In this document: one piece after another, positions 53,526 through 64,000 of the stretch
Numbering within the stretch: position 1 is the stretch's first letter
Layout: each line of letters starts with the position of its first letter
Source of the DNA: Octopus sinensis
Lineage: Eukaryota
Assembly: GCF_006345805.1 (NCBI RefSeq)
Contig: NC_042998.1
Location: forward strand, 177,754,001 to 177,818,000
Length of the DNA: 64,000 nt
Direction: 5' to 3'
Notes under the pieces: generated by a model
The model's input: the letters and a program-made list of their open reading frames with translations, nothing else
The model's database searches: none
What the model was told of the DNA's origin: nothing
Made by a program: the position numbers and the translations under genes

Positions 53526-53770
53526 CGAAGCGCTGTTGCGCCGCCCCGAATCGCGCGGCCGACGACGATGAATCGTGGAGGGAGCCCGCCGACGAGCGGA
53601 AGCAGAGGAGTAGGAGCAGTAGTAGGAACAACAACGACGACACGGCGAGGGCCCCCTCGTCCCGTCCACGTCCTCTACGTCCCTCCACAACCGCTGCCCT
53701 CCGTCGTCGCTGCCGCCGCCGCCGTCTCGGCGTTCGCTCTGTGGGAAATATCGCTCACGTTAAACGAACA
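53521..53770. mobile_element. 250-bp GC- and CpG-rich island; candidate solo LTR
   Basis: Begins TGTT and ends AACA, embedded in TA/CA microsatellite; no clear target-site duplication. Confidence 0.3.
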
Positions 53771-53833
53771 CACATATATATACATATATACAAACATATA
53801 TATTACGTAGGCAATAATATTTTCAACTGAGAC

Positions 53834-53902
53834 ATCGTAACTGTACCTGTTGAAGTGCTTCAATTCTGTGCATGTACATATATTTACTTGATTGCTGACA
53901 TT
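53834..53902. repeat. Right copy of the 69-bp direct repeat
   Basis: Matches 47783-47851 with 4 mismatches. Confidence 0.92.
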
Positions 53903-54019
53903 TATCAATGGTTTCTCTCACTGTTTTGATGTATCATTTTCTATCATTAATAAAACTGTCAGCATTTTTTACAACATGGGTATGCTAGTTTAATTATGAG
54001 AGAAAATATAACTGACATC

Positions 54020-54290
54020 TTCATGCAGTGCTCACCAACACACTTCAGTCTCTGACTCACAGATGTGCAGTCACATTTCTCTGCATTTCATACCTCAACT
54101 ATAGTGGCTACAACTCCTTAAAACTGACTGGTCTCATACCACCTCCATACAGACCCAACTCTCCTCTTATCACCCATGTCCACTTGCAGACCCTGCATTT
54201 CTCACCCACAAATATCATCCCATAAATTCCCCACCCTGCCCATGTATTCTCGCAGCCATCAACTTGCACATTCAAGAGAAATGTTAACTA
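54020..54290 (+). mobile_element. Decayed 3' end of a CR1/Jockey-group LINE (related remnants near 33300-33480 and 44814-44890, both minus strand)
   Basis: SLTHRCAVTFLC...LIPPP and YANSFFRSITCRWNEF resemble the HRR.VASL / NSFF.RT...WN.LP C-terminal motifs. Confidence 0.45.
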
Positions 54291-57200
54291 CTAAACAAAT
54301 TTTTAAATAATTTGATTTAAAAAGCAAACAAATGATTTTAATTCACTGTATCCAACCAAAGAATTTGTGGCTTTGTGCTATAATTAAAATATATGTAATA
54401 ATACCCAAATAAAATAACTTCCTTCACTTTCCAATTCTAAATTATACTCTTTCATAATATTTTGAAACTACTGTATGAAAATACACATTATTCCATCCAT
54501 TTTATTTTTGGCTGTTGCATAAAAAAAATCTTTAAAAAATCAACTATCTGATAAGTATATTTTTATTCACCTACAACTGCCTGTTGATAAACTGTATCAT
54601 CTGTTTTATTATTATTATGTTTCCAACTGAACTTGTAAGCTACAAACCACCTTGACCCAAGCCTGATGTTTGTTCTGCTTTTTATCTCTACTCTGTCTTA
54701 TCATCCCCAAAACTCATAAATTCTTTTCTTAATTCTTTCTCTTTACATCTACAATTCTATAATACATAACCACACATACCTTACAGGCATTAGCTGACAG
54801 AAGTTTAAATTAATTATTAATTGCATCAATCACAGGAAGGGAGGGATCTGTACTTTTCCAGTTGCAATTATAAAAAAAAAAAACAAAGACAATATTCTTC
54901 ATAACACATTTACAATTATTTTTATTATTTTAGATCTAACAAACAGGTCCAAGTGATATTCACATAAACCATTTACAGTTATCATTACTAGCTTAATAAG
55001 TGTGGAATCCATCCTTTTTCCTAACTTGAATACTTTCATTAGGAATTATGAGTAAAGTTGATGTTTTACTTCCTTCTTTATATTTGCTTTTTAACAAGTG
55101 AGATGTCCTTCTTACTATTAATCACTAAATTGCATGGTAGGACTAACATTCACTTTCAACTAGGATAGCAAGCAGACTGACTGCTTTGTAGTAAGCTTTT
55201 AACTCCACCTTGTGAGCAGCAATCCAGCATCTTAATTCAACAGCTAAATTACATTAATAACAGAGAACAAGTTAAAAAAGAGATCTTCTACATTGAGAAT
55301 TCCCTTAAAATTAATTCTCTTTTCTAAACATGCCAGTTCATATGGCTCATATTTATTAGCAGTTTCAGAGACTAGTAAAAAGACACCTGTATGAGACAGT
55401 CTATCACAGATTTTAACTAACTTTTCTAAATATTTGACTTCAAGGCTTTTGAATCACCTAGCAGCATTATCAGATAGGTGATCATTCTAGCATACACTTC
55501 TTTTACTCAATCTTGTTTTCTTTGAAGAAAAACTAAATTACACGCTTATCATACCAATTGAGTCCTCGAAATAAGCAACTGAAGGAAGTTAATTTACATT
55601 ATACACTACACAGTTAACTAAACTGTCATATATTATACAGCATAGATAACCTCAATATAAATTCAGTTAAGTAAAAGATCAAATTGTTTACCTCATAATC
55701 TCAAATCAGAAAGTAGTTTTGTAGATTTAAACTTGTAAGTGATAACAATAATTTACTATATTACATGTTTAGAGCAACATATAGATCTGTATAATTGTCT
55801 AATTTCCTGGTTGCTAAACTAATATATTAATTTGTCATGCTTTCTGTCACATTGATATTCAACAGAAAATCATGGACAATTTATGACACAAATTTTTTAA
55901 ATATCACACTTTTAAATAATATTTTGAACAAGAATTAGACCAATAACTTTATAGTTTTTATTAAGATCTGTGTGCATCCAAATTATTGTGAGGGCGAACA
56001 TAACTTCAAACAATTTATGCTAAAAATAGATATTTTCTTTATGCACACCAAGCCATGAATATCAGTTTTAACATTTACTTCCCACATGGATAGATTAGAC
56101 AAATAGATATATTACAGGTGACACTAAACAAATTCAGCAGATTATGTTAAAGAGAAAATACAAATGCACATTTGTATCCACACTGAATGGAAACAGTTGT
56201 CAAGAATTGTAATCTAACAGACAGCAAGAATAAATTTTTCAATCATGATTATGTTACAGAATATGTAACAGTGTATTTGGGAAGAAAATAGTTGAAGTCA
56301 TCTGAGATGATAATCAATAAATTGAAGGTGCCAACTCATCTAACAGACAATAGCTGGGCATAATACTGAAATTTAAATCATACATCAGCTTTGTGGCTTA
56401 ATTTTAAAGAAATACAGTTAAAAGTAATCATATAACAAAAATAGATTCTGTTATAATAAAGTATATTCCAGCTCTGATGGATTTTCTTTCACTATATTAA
56501 AAAAAAAGAAGAAAAATGTACATCAAAAATAAGTCTGATCTACAACTCAAGAAATAGAGAAATCTGCCTTGAGAAGGAAATTATTTTCAGTACAAGCATA
56601 AAGTAAGCTTCAACATATTGCTATACATTTCTATTTTAGCATTCAGAGGAGTACCCATCATAATGAAAGCACAGACTACCTAAACAAAATGCTATGTAAC
56701 TTCAATCTCAACCGGCAACTGAGATGCCACTTCATCAAAGGCTGGAATGTGGTGAAAATGTCTTGCTAAATGAATAGCAGATAAAGATCATATAGTTGAA
56801 AATGACACAGACAGGGTTATGTTAAGGAAGTTGTAAAATTCATTTTACTCATACATGAAATGTGTGTGTGTGTGTGTGTGTACATGCGTCTGTGTCTAAG
56901 CATATATGTAATGACTTGAGTGTGTTCGTCATCATCTTTATTTTGTTCCATTTTTAACAAAAATGAAAAATTATCAATACAGTACTTAAAATCATGTTAC
57001 ACACTTGTATTTTTTCCAAGATAAAAAATAAATAAATACATGCAAAGCAATCACAGCCTGTAGCTAAACGTAGCTGCAGAACAAGATGACATGGAAAACA
57101 ATGGGGAGAATTTCTGATTTTAATTGTTAGACAAGGGTTGGAGTGTTTATTCTAGTCATTCATTGAAAAGAGAGACAGAGAGAGAGAGAATATTGTTGCA

Positions 57201-58403
57201 TAGTGGAACCAAACAGCAAAATTTCCAGGAGATACTTTACAAAGAGGAAAATTTCTACAATGGGAAGAGGGGATCATTTAAAAAATAGTCCTTTGTTTAA
57301 GCTAAACAAAAATATACTCGTTCTATATGACCTATTTGAGATGTACACACAAACACATTTGATAACTATCTAAAAAGTAAGATTTTATAATTAATTCAAA
57401 TTGACATTTTGAAAAGCATTCTGGTCACATTCTTAATAGTAACTATATTTTAAAAATACATATGGGCTAACTGGTCATTGAAATTAGTCATTGAATACAC
57501 ACATAAACATATATATATATATACATACATATAAAGATGCACACATATACATCTATGAGTTTATACGCACACACATAATTTATATATGAACATAAACATA
57601 TATATACATATAATACATATATAATTTATACTCATATATATACACACACGAAGCTGTGAAGAACAGAACAATTTACTAGAGACTACCACCATCACCACTA
57701 TCCCAATCAACGTATGTCATTCATTTATCAGCTGTTTTCTCCTGTCTGCAACTAACATGCACCATATTTGCTGCTGCTGTTACTGCTCATATATACTAGA
57801 CACATGCATGAATTGTGAGAGACTGATGGTTCATTGTCAAGTTGACGGGCCCCAGTGGTATTTGTCAGATTTCTTCCAAATGAAATTGCTGGAATCACAC
57901 AGCACCATATATATGATTAGTTAAATATTTTCCGTTGAGCCATTAACACAAATGTGTACTAATACACTGCCGTATAGCAACACTCCGATCTATGGCAGCA
58001 CACCTCATACCTCATGTGATATCACCAGCAGAATATATACGGGGAATTGATTTACCATCACTACAACCATGTATCTATTATACATACATTTTTAACTTAC
58101 AGATATTACATCCATTTCAGAGAAATGATAGTGGGTTGGATGGTGTTGCAAATAGTTATGTTTCTCATAAGTAGAATATTCTTTATGATGTTAACCACTC
58201 AACGATGAGGTAGAAATGGTATCTTTTTGACAGCTGGTTAGGCTAACTGAATGGAGTATACAGAGGTAAAAAGACACTAATGTGTATGCGTGTGTGCTCA
58301 TAAGCATGCACACAAACATTCTAAACATAATCTTCTATATCATTTCCATTAAACACACATACACCAATATATGTAAAACCTTGTTGACAGGTTGAACATT
58401 AAA

Positions 58404-58450
<47 letters not shown>

Positions 58451-59269
58451 CACACACACACATGTGTGTGTATGTATTAGTCATACTAGCTTTTAAATAT
58501 ATAGTACTTTCAAACCAACACCTGAATCATGTTTTGGGGTGTTTCACAAATTTCAATTTTCTTTTAGTCAGTATTCATTGTTAATCTTATCCAAACCACA
58601 AATACAGCAAAGACTCACAAAGCTATGGACTCAGTTCAGAATAACTACAAATGAATGGTAGAAAGAGAGGGGAAGGAGGGAGGGAATGAAAGAGGAAGAG
58701 AGAGAAAATGAGTGAGTGTGAGTGTTATTTTAAACCGTCTTTGTTTTACATGGAACATGTTATAGCAAAAAGAAAGTCATTGAAAGATTAACTTCAGATG
58801 CTACATATAGCACAATTTCAAAATGAAAATGGAAAAATTTCATGGGAGAGACTGAAAAGTCCCTTAGCTTTCTCATGGTTAAAAATACATTTGGTTGGTT
58901 AACACCAGCCACGTGCCGAGGTTCGTTAGCAGAGAAACAGATATAGGATTATATTAACAAAACTGAATTTATTAAAACAGGATGATGCAAAAGACTTTCA
59001 ATTTACACACAAATATATTCTCTTTCTCCCCTCTCTCTCTCTCCCTATCTCCCAACCCTTACAGTAAACTCTTTCATACAGCCTTTTTTGTGTATCTCAC
59101 GCCATCTTTTTCACTTATACTCTCTCTCCATTTTGCATCCAGTCTCACTCATTATCTTGCTCTCCACTCATACACACTCAATTTGATGCTTTCACTCACT
59201 ATACTTTTGACACACAGCCTATACTTAATGCATGCACTTCCTTCTACTGATTTTCAAGTATCATCACAT

Positions 59270-59520
59270 ACTAGCAGTTCCTGGACCAGGCAGACACTCT
59301 TTACGCCCTACTCTCCAAAATTTACACTCAAACTCATCCACTTAAGCAATTAGTCTGAGAAGTCTTTCTCTGCCACTCAGTCTGTGAAAGTGTTTGACAC
59401 TAATCAAATCCTAAGAGTATTTTGGATCATACACTGAAGAGCATCTACCCTGCTCCTGCTAAACATTCGCCTACCTTTCTTTTGACCAAGCTAATCATTT
59501 CGATATACTTACAAATACAC
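59270..59520 (+). mobile_element. Possible Penelope-like GIY-YIG C-terminal remnant
   Basis: Broken frames approximate FWI-HTLKSIYP-LNIR, like the PLE endonuclease tail; a weak PLE-RT-like remnant may also lie at 42200-42560 on the minus strand. Confidence 0.3.
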
Positions 59521-60194
59521 ATATTATCTATGCAGATATACAAAAATATACATCCAAGTACACATGTATACACAATACATAGATGTACATATGCATAGAT
59601 ACATCATCCATGCAAATACATGCATGGTTTTCGTGTCTGAGAGCAAGAGACAGAGAGAGTGCATGTGTGTGCATGAGAGAGAGAGAGAGAGTGTGTGTGT
59701 GTGTACATACACATACATACATGTAAATGCACACAATCATGCACACAAGCTAAAACATTCTAAAAAGGAACAATAAAAAATCTCCAAAACAGCAGTTCTG
59801 CTGATGTAATGCAACCGGCATTTTTGGTGCTTCATTATTTACTGCTACTATTGTCATCATGGTGGGAGTTTATTGTAGATATGTGCTGCGATGCTCTACG
59901 TTGCCTATTAAAATACTTTACTGATTTGAGTTCATATTACATCAGTATCAACTTCCATTCTTTATACATTTGAAGAAAATGAAATAAACAATATATCAGG
60001 GTTGATTTCTTTATCAAATTAATTGCTTCATCAAAACGAAATTTCTATTATTATCATCATTGTAGGTGTTACTTTATGGTTCTAGACTACATATTGTTCT
60101 GATTTTATTTGAAATGTTACTATCATTATTCTCATCATTATTATTTAATTATAAAATTATTATTAATGACGATTTTATTATTATTATTATTATT

Positions 60195-61500
60195 GTTGGA
60201 AAAATCTGTGGAAAAAAATACCTTGCAGTTTTTAGTTATTTCTCTTTAGGTTGTGAGTTCAAATTTCAGCAAGTTCAATTTTACCTTTCACTAATAATAA
60301 CAAGTAGCTCTCAAATTCTGGGGTTGGGTAAATCAATTACTACCCTGCAAAAGATTTGCAGCTTTGTGCCAACGTTAGAAACCATTGGCTTTGTGCCTAA
60401 ATTAGAAACTATTATTATTATCAGGCAGCAGCTGGCAGAATCATAAGCATGCCGGCCAAAAAGCTTAGTGGCATTTCGTCTGTCTTTGCGTTCTGTGTTC
60501 AGATTCCACCAAGGTCCACTTTGCCTTTCAGCCTTCTGGGGTAGATAAATTAAGTAACAGTGAAATACTGGGGGGGGGGGTCAATATAATCGACTAGTCC
60601 CATCCCACCAAATTTCTGGCCTTGTGTCTTAGGAAGAAAGGATTATTATTATTATTATGTAGCAGCTGGCAGAATCGTTAGCACACTGGGCAAAATGATT
60701 AGCAGCATTTTGTCCATCTTTACATTCTGAGTTCAAACGCCACCGAGGTCGAGTTTGCCTTACATCCTTTCAGGTCAATTAAATGAGTACTAGTTGAACA
60801 CTGGTGGCAATGTAATCAACTAGCCCCTTCCCCTCAAATTTCAGGCCTTGTGCTTATAGTAGAAAAGATTATTATTATTATTATTATTAGGTGGCAGCTG
60901 GCAGAATCGTTAGCACATTGGGCAAAATGATTAGCAATATTTCAACCATCTTCATGTTCTGAGTTCAAACACCACCGAGGTCAACATTACCTTTCATCCT
61001 TTTGGGTATATAAAACAAGAAGCATTTGAGTACTGGGATTGATGTAATCAATTTACCTACTTCCTCGAAATTGCTGGCCTTGTGCCAAAAATTGATATCA
61101 TCATCATTATTATTATTATTAAAGCTGTCAGTTGACTAAATGCTTTACAGTATTTATCTTTATTCTATATTCTGCATCTATTAGTATCTCTTTACATTCT
61201 CTGTTCAAACCCTACTGGGGCCAATTTTGGGGGGTGGAGTCAATAAAAAAAATGCCACTTAAGTATTGAAGTTGATTTAATCGATTACATCTTCACTTCC
61301 CAAATTTATGGCTTTTGTGCCTATGCAGAAATTATCATTATTATTATTATTATTATCATTGGGGTGGATGAGAGGCAGAAAGAGTTGTGTACTTCGTAAA
61401 AATGCTTTGCAGTATTCAGTTACATTCCAAGTTCAAATCTCACATGTAAGTCATACTGGGTCAATGCAATCGACTATCTGGGCCTATCGCCAAAGTCAGA
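60195..61500 (+). mobile_element. Head-to-tail array of about six type B SINEs separated by (ATT)n tails
   Basis: gcagctggcagaatc heads at about 60427, 60662 and 60894, each directly after an (ATT)n run; B-box gagttcaaa. Confidence 0.85.
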
Positions 61501-61589
61501 AATACTACTACTACTACTGCTGCTGCTATTACTACTACTATTACTACTTCCCCTTCCTCCTATTTGCATCATTAGATTATTAAAATATG

Positions 61590-62578
61590 TCTGGAACAGA
61601 AATACCTATCAAGATGCGCAAGCGACAAACATCGATGTCGTCCCGTACCCCTTCACACATAGTTAAGAGTTAGGAATGAATGAATGAGAGAGATAGAAAG
61701 AAAGAAGTAGAAAGGCAGACTGACAAGAGATAGTTTTGCTGTATTTAGAGAGAGAGAGAAGTAGACACATATATCTTCATTCATATTTGTTCATTTAAAA
61801 ATCTTATGCAGTGAAGCTAGCTCCATCCCTCATGCACTACTACTTTTCTTTGTCTTACATAAAGCTTGTTTGTACATACACGCATGCACTAACACAGACA
61901 CACACACTAGTTATTTACAACCACTATCGGTTCTGGTATTGCAAACATACACAACATACATTATTGATTGAACAACTAACAACAGTGAACAAAAAAACCT
62001 AGGCATTATTGTGTATGTGTGTGTGCGCGTATAGACACACACATATATACACGTGTGTGTGTATATGTGTATATATAGTGATGAGAGATGGAAATGTACA
62101 AATAAATTTATGCTTTATAATATTATAGAGATTCTGTTTCAGTTTACAAATATGGAAAATGCTTTTGTACGTGTAGAAACCAATATGCCAGCCAATGTGT
62201 GTGCGCGTGTATCTATGGATATATTATGTGCACACATGCATACATACAGACATACGTATATTATATATATATATAGATAGATAGATATATATATATATAA
62301 GCACACACATACAAATAATGAAAGAAATCCCGGATGCAGAAGCTACAGAAGACAAGTCTAGCAAAGACAACAGCAGCAGCAGGCCTGGACTACATAATGT
62401 CGAAATTTCCAGTAAGAAGAATCCAGACGTGCCAATACCACTGTAGATTTTAGGCGTGTGTCTTCTAGAAGGCGAATGATATAGACAATTTCACCGTGTT
62501 TATGCCAAGGATGATAAAAGCAAGAGCTTGGTGGGTTCCACCATGCACTTTTTATTGTTTTTCATTACGTCATGTGTC

Positions 62579-62625
<47 letters not shown>

Positions 62626-62920
62626 CACACACACAAACCACTCACGCACGATATCGCATTGTTTCGTGTAGTAACGTATCTGTTGTCACAAAATATTGTC
62701 ACTGGCATTAGCATCTCCCCTTTTCTTTAAAATAAATTCGTTTTTACAACACCTCAAATAACTAATTCCATCGTAAGATAAAGAGAAACTGTTTTATTAT
62801 TATATTATTTTTATGTGCGTGCATATGTGTGTGAGCACATTAAAGGATGAGTCAGGCTTATAATCAGCAGCCTTATTACACACACTACGTGCTGAAAGCG
62901 CGCGCGCACGCACACACGCT
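61590..62920 (-). promoter_or_regulatory. CpG-retaining zone, candidate promoter or 5' region
   Basis: About 36 CpG in 61601-62920 by hand count versus 0 in 54301-55500; Inr-like TCAGTC on the minus strand at 61723-61718. Confidence 0.45.
61606..61660 (-). CDS. Candidate (alternative) first coding exon of DIP2: MCEGVRDDIDVCRLRILI + G
   Basis: ATG with A at -3 (aactATG), 18 codons plus 1 nt, then AG|GTATTT; phase 1 matches the exon at 347-418. It lacks the canonical LAELDLELSE sequence, so it is unproven. Confidence 0.4.
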
Positions 62921-63143
62921 ATATCTATATATATGTATGTGTGTGTGTGTGTGTGTGTGGTGTGTATATATATATATATATATAAAAGATGTACATCAGA
63001 TAAAAAATACTAACTACAACTTCAATCTGTTTCTACAGACACACACAGAGGAGGAACAGAGAGCAATATAATTACAGCAGACCAATAAGGGAGGGGAGCA
63101 ATTTTGTTGATTTCTTACTCAATGCATGGTATGAGTGTGTGTG

Positions 63144-63184
<41 letters not shown>

Positions 63185-63196
63185 TACACAAACATC

Positions 63197-63700
63197 AGGT
63201 GCAGGTGTGGCTGAGAAATTTGCTTCTCAACCACATTGTTTCAGGTCCAGTCTAACTGCATGGTACCTTGGGCAAGTGTCTTCTACTATAACCCTGGGCC
63301 AAAGTAAGCCTAGTGAGTGGATTTAGTAGACAGAAACTGGAAAAAAAGCTTTTTGTGTGTGTATGCACAGGTGTGTGTATGCACAGGTGTGTGTATATAT
63401 ATATATATATGTATGTATCTATAAATATATGCATGTCTGTATCTTTGTGAGTGTATGCTTGTGTCTCTTTGTCTTGACATTATATAATAGTTGTAAACGA
63501 ATGTCATACAAGCAGCATCATTCATTTCTAATATTTTGTAAAAATATGTCTAGCCAGGGGGAAAAATTACCTTGTTTGGGAGCAGGTGAGTTGGTGACAT
63601 GAAGGGCATCAGTCCATAGAAAATTTACCTCAACATAATCTCTCCAACCCTTGCAAGCACGAAAAAGTGAACATTAAAGCACTAAAGATGATGATGATAT
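63197..63700 (+). mobile_element. Full SINE, head type A, with RTE-like tail ending in (GAT)n
   Basis: Same head and core as 52764, then tgaagggcatc...ccaacccttgcaagcacgaaaaagtgaacattaaa...gatgatgatgat. Confidence 0.85.
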
Positions 63701-64000
63701 ACATACATGTATATATATCATCAGTTTATGTCCACTTTCAAAACCAGTATGGAAAACAGTTTGACAGGATTCAATGGGCTCTCATCCAATGTCTGTTTTT
63801 GTTTTACTTTCCTAACACCAACAACTTTACAGAGGGTATTGGGTACATTTTTCATAGCACCAGCACTATAGAGGTTGTCATGTTTTCAGCATAACTAATG
63901 AGTCCTGCATTGTTGCAGTTTGGATCAATTACTGAATAGAGTGTACGGGGTGCTTTTTGTGACATAAGCACTGGGGAGTCACCTTGCAGCTTGGATGGAA

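Larger units (their letters stand above)
419..61605 (-). other. DIP2: Very long DIP2 intron upstream of the exon at 347-418 (at least about 61 kb if no other exon lies between)
   Basis: No other recognisable host coding exon was found. The region is repeat-filled and CpG-depleted, like a methylated gene body. The right boundary depends on the candidate exon at 61606-61660, and the intron may extend past the window. Confidence 0.7.

Noticed and set aside
53286-53810. 174-codon ORF, the longest non-LINE ORF
   Set aside because: It is a chance read-through of a repeat fragment, (TA)n and the GC-rich island.
57992-58174. 60-codon plus-strand ORF with nearby acceptor-like and GTAAGT motifs
   Set aside because: No homology recognised; the minus-strand donor at about 58097 is phase 0 after a five-codon ORF and is incompatible with the DIP2 exon.
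59750-59860. 36-codon minus-strand ORF with a strong ccaccATG context
   Set aside because: It ends in a stop with no credible donor and no recognisable product.

Overview
AT-rich, microsatellite- and retroposon-dense animal DNA, most likely an octopus (inferred from octopus-type tRNA-derived SINEs and RTE LINEs with (GAT)n tails). There is no prokaryotic operon, CRISPR array or true RNA gene. The only firmly supported host coding sequence is a 72-nt minus-strand exon at 347-418 encoding GDITQKGYEKKRNRLLEPYRKNES, the second half of the DMAP1-binding domain of DIP2 (disco-interacting protein 2). The rest of the window is therefore most likely a very long first intron. A candidate, non-canonical first coding exon (MCEGVRDDIDVCRLRILI-G, phase-compatible) lies at 61606-61660 inside a CpG-retaining zone. 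The intron is filled with RTE, BovB-like and CR1-like LINE fragments, two SINE head types, a full-length decayed mariner and several small foldback elements. Most interesting signals: (1) a candidate recursive splice site with a 41-nt RS/poison exon near the middle of the intron (29165-29258); (2) a 6-kb composite insertion (47650-53902) bounded by 69-bp direct repeats and carrying a 124-bp inverted copy of its own flank; (3) the candidate alternative first exon; (4) a PHD-type finger embedded in the RTE reverse transcriptase; (5) SINEs with one head but two different LINE-derived tails, with both partner LINEs present. All family assignments were made by eye, repeat boundaries are approximate, and nothing was database-searched.
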